From positions 1-54,998 of the IMG/VR virus record IMGVR_UViG_3300030376_004186: DNA of 54,998 bases; one strand, 5' to 3'. The notes under the pieces were generated by a model. The model was not told the origin of the DNA. It saw nothing but the letters and a program-made list of their open reading frames with translations, and did no database searches. Made by a program: the position numbers and the translations under genes. Positions 36,201-45,314 of the stretch are shown piece after piece. Positions within the stretch are counted from its first letter, which is position 1. Every line of letters begins with the position of its first letter. Source of the stretch: a virus. Lineage: Duplodnaviria; Caudoviricetes.

Positions 36201-39200
36201 GAACAGTTCTGTTCTAGCGGCTAAACTAGTTGATATTATTGTTCCAATTTGAGATTCTAAATATTCATCTGTAACTATATCGGATAATATTTTTACAAAA
36301 AATCTTCCTTGGAACTCTTCCCATTCTTGTTGTTCTTCTATCCAAATAGTTGTTTTTAAACTCGTATCTAAAACACCAACGCTAGTTTCTACCCAACCAT
36401 CTGCTTGTACAATAGCTTTATCTAAAATTATAGTATAAAAATCTGTAGTTGAATCTGTTGTAGTTAGCGATATTATTTTATATCTTTGAGAAATTATTTC
36501 ATCACCATTAGCGTTATTTACTTTAAACGTAAGAGATTGTTTAGTGCCTTTATCGTATTCGTGTTGTATATCCGCGAGGCCCTCATTTAAAAAAGAATCT
36601 TTACTTATTATAAGACTATTTGCTCCTGCAAAAGGCTGCGCTCCATTAAGATATAAACCATTAGATCCTGTTAACGTACCATCTCCATCTAGTTGTCCTA
36701 TTTCTTGATATTTTTTCTTTATAAATTCAGGTGCTTCGTTCTTTATATCAATTACCTTGTATTTATTTTCAAACGGAACTTGGGTAGCAGGGTTACTTAA
36801 TGTTCCTAATCCTTTTTTAAGGATTATATAATCATCTTCCTGTATTTTATTTCTATCACTCGAAGGAAAAGATATCCATAAATTACCATCTTCTTCTGCT
36901 CTATATACTCTATCCATTACTAAGTTATAGTATTCTGAAGCAGTTTCTTTTATAAAAACTTTAAAATAATACGGTTCGTAATTAATACTAGAATTATTAG
37001 TATTGTCCATTATAGGTATATCTGTAGGAGAATGTCTCACGTACAACATGTTAGATCTACTAGCCATTCCATTAAAATCCGCAGACGTATCGCTGTCATA
37101 AGGGATTGTTACAACATTATTGCTTCCACCAGAAAAAACTGGTGTTTCTCTACCGTATTTATCTCCAAAAACTATACCTCCTTGGTATGTTCTTTGAGAT
37201 TTTACTGATTGCCTTCCATCACTATAATCTATGTCGGTTCCAGGAAAATTTCTTTTCTGGTATCTGGTAACAATATACGGAGTGTAATCTTCTATCTTTA
37301 AATTTTGAACATAATTACCATAGACAAGTCTGTTACCTGTAACCTCTTGTGCTTTAGCTGTTTTTGGAACGTTATCCCAAGGTCTTAATAATTGATTTGA
37401 AGGTAGGGCAGCGTGGATATTATCAGCAGTTATTCTATAGTAGCCGGTATTAGAAGCTACTAATTCATCACCAGAAGGAAGTGTTATAGTATCTATTTTT
37501 GTTGGTGGAGATGTGCTGTGATCTAGATCTACTAATTCCCAAGGTCCAATACTACCTAGATTACTTGGTTTAATAGTTTCTATAGAGTATACAGTAGTTG
37601 AATTATCAGGTTTATAAAGTAAATTAACTTCTACTACGTCTAAGGGTATATCATGTGTAATAAATTCTTTTAGTATAATACTTTTAACCCTGGTTTCCAT
37701 CGCTGAATTATAAGGTTCTTTAGTAGGATGTATACTAAATTCTCCTGCAGTAAATCCTACTTGTGTAAATGGACTAAAAGCAGAGTATTCTCCATCTTCA
37801 TATTTGTATCTATAAGCAAACCTTGGGAAGGATTTAGTGAATAATAAATCATTTAAATCTTCTATAACAAAATCATATTGTATAGAATCCAAAGAAGTTG
37901 CAGAATCTATAGATAATACAGTGCCTGTAAATGTTTGCGTATACTCTGGGTCATCAGTATTTGATCCTCCTGGAGCTCCAAAACCCGCGGTCATAGTAAC
38001 AGTAGGACTAGTTGTAACTAAAAATCTTATTTGCGCGTTATTTGGTAAAACTCCTTGCGCACTAGGATCGCTTAACAATAAAATATCACCATCATTAACA
38101 CCGTAAGGAATACCATCGTATATAGTTATTGAATTGTTTGTTGCAAAAGATTGACTAACAGTGTCACCAGTAATTAACGGGTAAGGATCTGGTGTTAAAT
38201 TTGGATATCCACCACTACTTTCCCAAATTTTACGTCTATTCATTGGTGCACTTATACTTACGCTTGTGTCTCCAACTGCAACACCGTTTATTGAAAAAGA
38301 ATCTAAAGAACCTGAATTTGCACTTGTATCATCTATTGTGTTAAAATCTATTCTTGGAGCTTGTGTAGGTTTTTTCTTTATAACAGTGATATGCTCTTCT
38401 TTTAAAGGCTGAGCTGTAGCGAACCTTACGTATTCACCAACTGCAGCAGTTGCAGATCCACGATATACCGTACGGTTTAAAGTTACTGTTCCAGCCGCGT
38501 AATTAACACTATCAACAGTCACGGTAGTACTTGGAGAGGAGATATTACCGGCGTGTTCAAACTCTATTAATTCGTCACCTTCTTTAATATTTGGGTTTGA
38601 TGCGGTTCCAAGATTACTTAAATACAATACATCTGTACCACTACTAGCGCCGGTACTAGTGTCTGTATAAGCTTGTGTCCAAAGAGTGTTTACTATTTTA
38701 GAAAAATCATTGTTGTTAACAACTAATTTAGTGTGTGTACTAAAATCACTTGTACCAGCTTTACATCTTTCTATATTTATTTTTTTAGGTTCGTTTTCCC
38801 CATCTGTCCAAAATAATAATCCATCTATTATATTAATTCCAGTTATAATATTACCTGTAGAAAATTTTAAAACAGTATTAGTTAAATCAACTACAACTAA
38901 ATTAGCTGAACCAGTTTTCGTATACTCCACTACCGCACTATTAACATCGTCCGTAATAAAAGAATATAAAACATCGTTTTTTTCGTCAGCTATAGAACCA
39001 ACGCACTCCCAAGCAGAGCTGTTATCAGGTAACGTTAGACTCCCTATCTCAGTGTTACCTAATATATTTTGCACAGTTCCAACTCCTGCTTCGTCAGAAG
39101 TTGAAACCTGTATATTTACCGCGTCTCTATACTGTCCATTTGGAACTATTCTTTCATCAAGGTCTTTATTCATTTTACCTTGAACAAAAGTATTTTTAAT

Positions 39201-39209
39201 CTCTGGCAT
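33279..39209 (-). CDS. Large tail (stabilisation/nozzle-like) protein
   Basis: 1976 aa; 'KMNKDLDER.VPNGQYRDA.N', 'LFWTDG.NEPKKINI', 'YGISQNPESFA', 'FIEKEGKWF'; follows the ring proteins. Confidence 0.7.
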   Translation of the reverse strand: MPEIKNTFVQGKMNKDLDERIVPNGQYRDAVNIQVSTSDEAGVGTVQNILGNTEIGSLTLPDNSSAWECVGSIADEKNDVLYSFITDDVNSAVVEYTKTGSANLVVVDLTNTVLKFSTGNIITGINIIDGLLFWTDGENEPKKINIERCKAGTSDFSTHTKLVVNNNDFSKIVNTLWTQAYTDTSTGASSGTDVLYLSNLGTASNPNIKEGDELIEFEHAGNISSPSTTVTVDSVNYAAGTVTLNRTVYRGSATAAVGEYVRFATAQPLKEEHITVIKKKPTQAPRIDFNTIDDTSANSGSLDSFSINGVAVGDTSVSISAPMNRRKIWESSGGYPNLTPDPYPLITGDTVSQSFATNNSITIYDGIPYGVNDGDILLLSDPSAQGVLPNNAQIRFLVTTSPTVTMTAGFGAPGGSNTDDPEYTQTFTGTVLSIDSATSLDSIQYDFVIEDLNDLLFTKSFPRFAYRYKYEDGEYSAFSPFTQVGFTAGEFSIHPTKEPYNSAMETRVKSIILKEFITHDIPLDVVEVNLLYKPDNSTTVYSIETIKPSNLGSIGPWELVDLDHSTSPPTKIDTITLPSGDELVASNTGYYRITADNIHAALPSNQLLRPWDNVPKTAKAQEVTGNRLVYGNYVQNLKIEDYTPYIVTRYQKRNFPGTDIDYSDGRQSVKSQRTYQGGIVFGDKYGRETPVFSGGSNNVVTIPYDSDTSADFNGMASRSNMLYVRHSPTDIPIMDNTNNSSINYEPYYFKVFIKETASEYYNLVMDRVYRAEEDGNLWISFPSSDRNKIQEDDYIILKKGLGTLSNPATQVPFENKYKVIDIKNEAPEFIKKKYQEIGQLDGDGTLTGSNGLYLNGAQPFAGANSLIISKDSFLNEGLADIQHEYDKGTKQSLTFKVNNANGDEIISQRYKIISLTTTDSTTDFYTIILDKAIVQADGWVETSVGVLDTSLKTTIWIEEQQEWEEFQGRFFVKILSDIVTDEYLESQIGTIISTSLAARTELFYVSDRIAPSDGSSSSNVIGSGLFQGLYANPNTRQANNSLNPENAGTNYFSDRPEEWRDEILHFNKGETSGGWFIDSALSMAQQPTILSDTSGWTNHDSGANIYDASVSGMLRKSSDNSVNGMTGVIETNGQYCSTAAGNFMWLKQFANGQVRSGATTYSQHGDPDVYGETGSGGGEFYMHLSFSHVGEHLAPSTDFHQKSTSASNWLGTQSLKWIDFQHIHNYNQQKNDYRHSGPDSNSTSGGGSTSSYPIQHPNYTPDPNIYEKQWDITHNHPENEAIIQNLVIGSKFQFEYDVNETIFTILKVTKKHLYNHTAWNRTYVWDSANKENVLDDPIAPRGNSVWAKWHEWSNDRTPAHFNDYLDAIRDFAAPHNRRVCFIIELDKNPNTECYDGTNTGIQRILYSLTNNDDLSASAASNLPQTPGFLKFIKNYVSENSTVLSDDPAVWETEPKENTDLDIYYEASDAIPLKLDLESTDATKVANPDNRKGHMIAPVGTAVRCDKSGSHTATPNFGDCVVKSWDGRVVELDPGLTALTDDIDDGSGGTTSASQSSTSDQTQLFEDSTLRFYRKDLSYVEVGIHTIETIVSGKITKIALNRTLNKNIGLPYFNCFTFGNGVESNRIRDDFNQPFISNGARASSTLQEQYKEENRKSGLIYSGIYNDTGGINNLNQFIMAEKITKDLNPTYGSIQKLFSRRISLVAFCEDRVVSITANKNALYNADGNSQLVASDAVLGDANPFVGDYGISQNPESFAKDSYRAYFTDRQRGAVLRLSMDGLTPISDAGMSDWFKKEFKDDSHINIIGSYDTYKNDYNLTFDRGDNTTYGIQGNTSGHSQTVTYSEDVKGWTSFKSFIQESGVSMSGDYYTFNAGQCYKHHDNSTRNSFYGTSTNSNITFLLNESPLVIKNYNTLNYDGDESWICNSIETDQQGGTVSSFIEKEGKWFNYISGDDSVVDTQAFNFQGIGIANDITSI

Positions 39210-39212
39210 ATA

Positions 39213-40790
39213 TTAGTGTTTTATATGTTTCGATTTACCTCTTAATATTTGAGTTAATTCTTCTAATTTAATATTTGATAATCTTAATTTAGCTTGTCTG
39301 GTTGCTGCGAATTTTTCTTTTTGATATCTTCTTACTACATATTCTGGAGTGTTTGCTCTTGTAGATAATATTGCATGCATAATCCATTTATACATAGCTT
39401 CTTCTGCGAACTTATGTACTTGCATTTCTTGAAAAGTACCTAAACTATCGCTTATATAATCTAAGATTACAGTTTTTCCTGAAATATTAGATGAAAAGTG
39501 AATTAATCCTTTTAAGTTATCTATATAAAAAGATCCATTAACCTGAGCGTGTTGAGGATCTAATCCATATCTTTTTTGATTATTTGGCCAATAAGTATCA
39601 TCTTGGTAATCATCTTGATTTTCAGACGGAGTTGTAGATTTATAATTCGTCCATGTTGTAGAATCACTATTTGAATTAGTATCATCTCTCACTAAATCAG
39701 GAGAAGCACCCTCATATGTAACTTCTACATCAGTTAAAGTAGATCTTCTTTTTGAATAATCTGTTAGAGTTGCTGGAGACGAAGCTGTACTAATAAAATC
39801 AGTAAAACAAGTTGTTAAAACATAAACAACATTGTAACTCGTTACGTCTATATCTAAAAGCTCTTTTTGTGTAGCGGTATTTCCAGTACTAACCCATTCT
39901 ACATAAGCAAAACCATTTGTGCTGTTTGAAGCAGGTATAAAGTTTGGAGCGTTAGATTTTCCAGGATTAGTAACAGTGTTGTTTAAACTAGGGTTAGCTT
40001 TTTCTACGTTAGTAGCTTGATCGCCAGGTGTGCTACTAATCCCAAACCGTAAGGTAGTACCAGTAGTTTGATCAGGTATAACTGAAGCAGAATTACCGTA
40101 TGCTCTTATATCTAAAGAATCCATATTTGTAACGTTTATTTCTTGCCAAACAGCGTAAGCTCTACCGGTAACAACACTATTATAAGAAGATGTAAAAGGT
40201 TTAGAATCAAATTGTAATCTTGTAGAACTTCCTCCGGTTATAACAGGAGGAGAAGTTGCTATTACAGTATCTAAGCTACTTCCACCCCAAGGCGTGTTGT
40301 CTACAGCTGGAGTAAACGTCCAGTTATACGTAGCGGATAACACAGAGCTAAAATCCGTGTTACTTAAGTCGTCGCTAGATATTACTCCTTCTGTACCCAC
40401 AAAGTCGTATGATTCACCATCACTACTTTGCTTTATTTTAAATGGATTAGAAGTTTTAGAAGTAGGATACAAAAGATGTTTTATACCAGAGCTATCACTC
40501 CAAGATAACTTAGTATAGTTAACGTAATCATGAGGAAGTCTCATTGTTAGCGATGGTGGTAGTTCTATTTCTTGAGATTTAATAGATTTAAACGTATCAA
40601 AAGAAAGCTCTTGCATAGCTCTTTGTGCGTGAAAAGCAACATCTGTTCTATTTACTTTACTTATTGTTTTTCCTTCTCCTACGTAAGCTACCATAAATTG
40701 ATCTACAATATTTCTAATAGAAGTGAATTGATAATTACCATAATTATCTCCTTCATAGTAACTCTGTTCTGTTCCAGTTAATAATGCCAT
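39213..40790 (-). CDS. Tail ring/adaptor protein with a central insertion
   Basis: Conserved-looking N-terminal (LPHDYVNYTKL) and C-terminal (ILDYISD...VHKFAEEA) blocks around an S/T-rich middle. Confidence 0.6.
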   Translation of the reverse strand: MALLTGTEQSYYEGDNYGNYQFTSIRNIVDQFMVAYVGEGKTISKVNRTDVAFHAQRAMQELSFDTFKSIKSQEIELPPSLTMRLPHDYVNYTKLSWSDSSGIKHLLYPTSKTSNPFKIKQSSDGESYDFVGTEGVISSDDLSNTDFSSVLSATYNWTFTPAVDNTPWGGSSLDTVIATSPPVITGGSSTRLQFDSKPFTSSYNSVVTGRAYAVWQEINVTNMDSLDIRAYGNSASVIPDQTTGTTLRFGISSTPGDQATNVEKANPSLNNTVTNPGKSNAPNFIPASNSTNGFAYVEWVSTGNTATQKELLDIDVTSYNVVYVLTTCFTDFISTASSPATLTDYSKRRSTLTDVEVTYEGASPDLVRDDTNSNSDSTTWTNYKSTTPSENQDDYQDDTYWPNNQKRYGLDPQHAQVNGSFYIDNLKGLIHFSSNISGKTVILDYISDSLGTFQEMQVHKFAEEAMYKWIMHAILSTRANTPEYVVRRYQKEKFAATRQAKLRLSNIKLEELTQILRGKSKHIKH

Positions 40791-40793
40791 TTA

Positions 40794-41489
40794 TTATTGT
40801 TTTTCTTGTTGAATATTCTTGTTATCTTCCGCTCCTGCTATTTGATACAACGCGGGATCTTTTAGTGTTATACCAGCCAAACCTAATATTTTAATAACTA
40901 ATTTTGTTTCTTCAGATGGATGTAATTCAAAATCTACACTATTTGTTGAGTCGTAAAGTTGTGAACCCGATAAAGTATAACTACTCCAATTTGCTTTTTC
41001 TGGTTTTCTAATATAATTAACAGTTATAGGGTCTTCAAGAACTACTGGATATAAATAAACTTTATTATCTTTTAGAGTATATTGTGGATGATAAGATTTA
41101 GCACTTAGAAGAGGAGAATTTCTAATTATTTCAATAAGGTTAGCATTAACTTTTTCACAAATATATCCGTTGTGTGTAATACTACCTATTTTATATAAAT
41201 CATTAATTTTAGCGCTGAGATTATAAAATGTTCCAGTGGTATTTTTGTTAACGGTTTTTTGATCTTCAAATAAACTTACTTTTTCTTCTAAGTAATTTAA
41301 CATATCTGAATACTCTGTGTCATTACCAGGTATTCTACCAAACTGATTTATATCATAAAAATATTGCTCAAATATATCCATCTGAGCTTGGTTAGCAAAT
41401 AAGTTATATTCCTGAGGAGTTATATATCCTCTTTGCTCTTTGTTAGCTAACGCTAAAACTCTTTGATATACCGTATCTATATTTACCAT
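40794..41489 (-). CDS. Head-tail connector / ring protein
   Basis: 'VYQRVLALANKEQRGYITPQEYNLFA', 'YIRKP..ANW', 'FELHPSEE'; position after the capsid block. Confidence 0.65.
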   Translation of the reverse strand: MVNIDTVYQRVLALANKEQRGYITPQEYNLFANQAQMDIFEQYFYDINQFGRIPGNDTEYSDMLNYLEEKVSLFEDQKTVNKNTTGTFYNLSAKINDLYKIGSITHNGYICEKVNANLIEIIRNSPLLSAKSYHPQYTLKDNKVYLYPVVLEDPITVNYIRKPEKANWSSYTLSGSQLYDSTNSVDFELHPSEETKLVIKILGLAGITLKDPALYQIAGAEDNKNIQQEKQ

Positions 41490-41645
41490 TTATTTTTTAT
41501 TTTTATAAGGGAAGACCTTATTTAACGTTTGTTTTCTTTTATTACAACCACAATCGTCTCCCGCTACTTTGTGTACAAATTTCTTTATTCCAGTTGCAGT
41601 TGTTATTTTTTCTATTGTATCACCTAAGCCTTTAGATTTTTCCAT
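41490..41645 (-). CDS. Small protein (51 aa) with GLGD and CGC motifs, absent from the ORF track
   Basis: MEKSKGLGDTIEKITTATGIKKFVHKVAGDDCGCNKRKQTLNKVFPYKNKK*; stop abuts the next ATG. Confidence 0.75.
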   Translation of the reverse strand: MEKSKGLGDTIEKITTATGIKKFVHKVAGDDCGCNKRKQTLNKVFPYKNKK

Positions 41646-41656
41646 ATAATTTAATT

Positions 41657-41694
41657 TGTAGTTTACGATCGCCCCGTAGGGCGACCGCTCTACA
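41657..41694 (-). promoter_or_regulatory. GC-rich RNA stem-loop with cUACGg tetraloop and no U-tract
   Basis: TGTAG-AG-CGGTCGCCC-TACG-GGGCGATCG-TAAA-CTACA on the - strand. Confidence 0.55.
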
Positions 41695-41700
41695 GTTTGA

Positions 41701-42534
41701 TTAGTTATTTAATCTTTTTTCTATATTTGCATATATTTCCATACCTTCATCAGTTTTAAACCAAGCGGCTAAAGCTGAATATGGATGTTCGTCAAATGGA
41801 ACTGTCATTAGTTTTCTATCGTTAGATCCCCACGAAAAAGTTCTTTGATCAGAAGACAATTTTAATATCCCCATTTCTGTTGCTCTAATACCAAAGTTTC
41901 TAAGAACTACATTCTCATCGTTAACTAATTCTAAGAACAATTGAGGGTTTTTCTTAGCGTATACAAGTAAATCTCTTTTAAGTTCTTTAGAACTCATGTT
42001 AGATACCTCAGATCCTTTTTCTACACGTAAAACAGCTTCTGCCATATCAATATCTAAAGATTGAGCAGCGTTTAATGCTTTTATTTCTATTTCTATATTT
42101 TCTACCTCGTCCACAGCTATCTTAATGTTGTCTTGCTCAAAATATCTTCTACCTTTATGCGGATGATAAAGTGACAATAGTTTTTGTAGGACAGTTTTAT
42201 TTTTAGGTACTAATAAAAACCCGTTTTGAAAAGTTATATGCTCTAATCTTTGATCTCCAACCATTTCATCTACGAAACATGTTCTTTGGTTAGATGTGTA
42301 TTTCAATTCTCTTTCGTAACCTAATTCTTCGTCAAAATAATATATATCTGTAGACTTTATAGTTGCTGTTAGTGGTTTTCTACCTTGAGCTAAATAATAA
42401 GTTCTATCTTTTATTTCCCAAGTATCTTTTTTCTTTTTAGATAATGGTTTTTCTATAACCGTTGCTTCAACTTTTGGTTGTTCTACAACCTGTGGAGTTG
42501 TTTCCACTTCTGTGTTTTTTGTTTTTTTTGCCAT
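41701..42534 (-). CDS. Conserved-type protein downstream of the major capsid gene (head assembly/auxiliary)
   Basis: 277-aa ORF with a strong AT-rich leader; function not recognisable. Confidence 0.65.
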   Translation of the reverse strand: MAKKTKNTEVETTPQVVEQPKVEATVIEKPLSKKKKDTWEIKDRTYYLAQGRKPLTATIKSTDIYYFDEELGYERELKYTSNQRTCFVDEMVGDQRLEHITFQNGFLLVPKNKTVLQKLLSLYHPHKGRRYFEQDNIKIAVDEVENIEIEIKALNAAQSLDIDMAEAVLRVEKGSEVSNMSSKELKRDLLVYAKKNPQLFLELVNDENVVLRNFGIRATEMGILKLSSDQRTFSWGSNDRKLMTVPFDEHPYSALAAWFKTDEGMEIYANIEKRLNN

Positions 42535-42564
42535 AATATAATATATAATAAAATTAATAAAAAT

Positions 42565-42597
42565 AAAAGGGAGTGGAGACTAGCCCCACTCTCTTTT
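42565..42597 (-). terminator. Intrinsic terminator after the major capsid gene
   Basis: AAAAGAGAGTGG-GGCTAGTCT-CCACTCCCTTTT followed by ATTTTT on the - strand. Confidence 0.8.
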
Positions 42598-42606
42598 AAA
42601 AATTGC

Positions 42607-44046
42607 TTAGTTTAATAACATAAAGTTATTTCCACCTTGAACTACTAAACATCTTTCAGATAAGTAGTTAATAGTCATTGCATCTAAATCAGAAGTAGCA
42701 GCTCCAACCGAGTCAGTAACCCAAGTTTTAAGTTTTCTACTTTCTGTTTGAGAAGCTCTGTATCTAAGGTGTAAGAAAGGACGCTTCATGTTTTTACCTA
42801 ATTGCTCGTCATAAACTGAAGAAGTACCAGCTGGTATAACAACACCTCTAACGTCATTGTAAGTTAAACCACCTCTTAAAGATCCATCGTTTAAGTATTT
42901 CCAGTCAGTTTTATAGAAGTCATAAGAACCTCTTCTAAAACCAGAAAAACCTAAGTTCAGTGCCATATCTTCAGAGTTATTAAATACTCCGTAAGAAGTA
43001 CCACCAGCTCCGTAAGAATTCATAGAAGCTAACATGTCATCCATTGCTAAAGCAGTTGCTCTATTAACAAACATCATGTTTTCTTCAATGGCACCTTGCT
43101 TGTCAAACTTTGCTAACATAGCATCGAACTCAGCTAAATCGGTAGCAGCGTTAACACCTGTAATACCAGTAGAAGTGTGACCTCTATCAGTAATAGCAGC
43201 AAATAAACCTTCAGTACCAGAATTACCATCACCTAAATCAGAACCACCAATAGCTCCAGATCCAGCAGCTAATTTACTTTCTAATAAAGCCATTTCACAG
43301 TAATCTCCAAAACGAGCCATAGTATCACCATTAGCTTTTAAGTACCATAAGTAACCGTTTTGACCTTCTTCACCAGAAACTTCAACCCAACCAATTTGAG
43401 AAGCATCTGATCCAGAAACTCTATAAGTATCTTTTAAGATAAGCATTTTTGATCTAAAAGACTTGAAAGAAGGTTCAACTGATTGAAAATCGTTTGTTCC
43501 TCCACCAAGACCCATTCCATTAGTTCCTTTGTTAAACTCAGAACCATAAACGAATAATGAAGCTGTGTTAGAACCTGAATCATCACTTGTTCCGAATCCT
43601 GAAACAGCACCAACTGTAGCTGCTTCGTAAGGTAGTAATGTTGCTGTAGTTTGATCAGATGCAATAGCTGATACGTAACATGGTATAACCGTGTCAACGT
43701 TATCACTTAAAAGAACTGTTGCTCCTAAACGGATAGCGTGAGTTCCTGAAGATGCTACTGTAAATACACCTGCGTTTGTTACTGCGCCATCGTAAGATAA
43801 GTGTAATCTTCCTTGTTCAGACCAAACAACTGCGTCTGCTGAAGAAGCTTCCTCTGCTCCTACTTGCGCTAAGAATCCAGAAACGGTTCTTTTACCGTAT
43901 CTTTCAACTTCTTTTTCCATTAAATCCGGTAAGTATTGTTGTTCCCAACCTGTACTACCGTCAATGAAATTTATGAAATTAGAAGGTGATGCCTGCATCG
44001 CTGGTGCAGGTACCACTCCTAAACTTCCTCCATCTGTAATTGCCAT
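42607..44046 (-). CDS. Major capsid protein
   Basis: 479 aa; portal-scaffold-capsid order, followed by a terminator; 'VVWSEQGRLH', 'GTEGLFAAI', 'LGFSGFRRGSYDFYK'. Confidence 0.85.
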   Translation of the reverse strand: MAITDGGSLGVVPAPAMQASPSNFINFIDGSTGWEQQYLPDLMEKEVERYGKRTVSGFLAQVGAEEASSADAVVWSEQGRLHLSYDGAVTNAGVFTVASSGTHAIRLGATVLLSDNVDTVIPCYVSAIASDQTTATLLPYEAATVGAVSGFGTSDDSGSNTASLFVYGSEFNKGTNGMGLGGGTNDFQSVEPSFKSFRSKMLILKDTYRVSGSDASQIGWVEVSGEEGQNGYLWYLKANGDTMARFGDYCEMALLESKLAAGSGAIGGSDLGDGNSGTEGLFAAITDRGHTSTGITGVNAATDLAEFDAMLAKFDKQGAIEENMMFVNRATALAMDDMLASMNSYGAGGTSYGVFNNSEDMALNLGFSGFRRGSYDFYKTDWKYLNDGSLRGGLTYNDVRGVVIPAGTSSVYDEQLGKNMKRPFLHLRYRASQTESRKLKTWVTDSVGAATSDLDAMTINYLSERCLVVQGGNNFMLLN

Positions 44047-44067
44047 AATTTTGTAATTTTAAATTTG

Positions 44068-45285
44068 TTATTTATTTTTAATTTTGAATTTGAAATCATT
44101 AGAGTTATCACCAAGTACTTTAAACTTTAATCCACCAGTATTAATCTTACTACTATGTTGTTGCCGTGGATCCATACTAATGTTTTTAGATTTAGCTACG
44201 CTATTTTTTAAAGCATCAGCCTTACCTTGTTCGTAAAAGTGACTAGCAATTTTATCAGCATTCATAGCGGTGTATATTGACTTATGATAACCTTTAGCAT
44301 CTTCCATTTCGTTATTTTTATTCAAGAACTTCTTGACAAAATTATTAATGTCGCTTTGAGTACCTTTTACTGCGTCTGAGTCTTTAACGTTAAATCTAAA
44401 CTTTTTGTCTCCAACTTCATATTCAAAACCTTTGAAATTCTTGTTGAATAACTGATTAGTTTTATTTAAAAACGTCCTATGTTGCTTTTCTGCTACTTCT
44501 TGCTGCTCTTTTGACTCCTTGTTGTATCTATTGAAGAAATCAACTGCTTTCTGTTGCTCACCAGTGAGCTTAGAACCATATTTGATATCTTCGTAATATT
44601 TAGACTTTGCACTGTCCAAGTGTTGCCTTGCTTGAGCAACTTGCTCCTTCATGGCTAATTTTTTTCTTTTAATATCTACACTATCATCTACTTCTTCGTC
44701 ATAAGAAAAATAGTCTTCCATCATAAAGTCTATTTCTTCGTTATCTAGATGAGGTTTTGTTTGTTTGTAGTATTCTTTAAGTAAAGTATGATTGTCTAGT
44801 TTACTGTAATCTTGGTTTAAATTAACGTAATCCTCTAAATCACCACCAGTTTCTTCCATAAACTGCATTAGTTTCTGAATGTTTTCAGGAAGTTCTTTTC
44901 CAGTAGCTTCAGCTTCCGCAACTGCTTCTTCAACTTGTTCAGTTAGTTCTTCAACTTCTTCTTGAACTTCTTCTTCAGTTATTTCTTCTAAAGTTGTAGT
45001 TTCTTGTGTTTCTGCTTCCGGTTGTACTTCTTCTTGTTTTTCTGAGGTGTTGGCATCTTCAACGAGTTCAACCACTCCTTCGTTGTTAGTGTTATCTTCA
45101 ACAACTTCTTCTTTGGTTTCATTTGTTTCTTCTGGTTTTTTATTTAAATCTACCTTGATAATACTATCGTCATCTTTACTCTCAAATTTATTCAAATCAA
45201 TTTCAGGTTTTGTTTCTTCTACCTTGTTGTCAACTTGTTCCTTAGTAACTTCTTCAGTTACCTGTTCTTTTTTCTTTTTTGCCAT
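44068..45285 (-). CDS. Acidic scaffolding-like protein
   Basis: Very Glu-rich N-terminal half with helical C-terminal half, between portal and capsid genes. Confidence 0.65.
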   Translation of the reverse strand: MAKKKKEQVTEEVTKEQVDNKVEETKPEIDLNKFESKDDDSIIKVDLNKKPEETNETKEEVVEDNTNNEGVVELVEDANTSEKQEEVQPEAETQETTTLEEITEEEVQEEVEELTEQVEEAVAEAEATGKELPENIQKLMQFMEETGGDLEDYVNLNQDYSKLDNHTLLKEYYKQTKPHLDNEEIDFMMEDYFSYDEEVDDSVDIKRKKLAMKEQVAQARQHLDSAKSKYYEDIKYGSKLTGEQQKAVDFFNRYNKESKEQQEVAEKQHRTFLNKTNQLFNKNFKGFEYEVGDKKFRFNVKDSDAVKGTQSDINNFVKKFLNKNNEMEDAKGYHKSIYTAMNADKIASHFYEQGKADALKNSVAKSKNISMDPRQQHSSKINTGGLKFKVLGDNSNDFKFKIKNK

Positions 45286-45314
45286 AATATAATATAATAA
45301 TAATTAATAATTTT

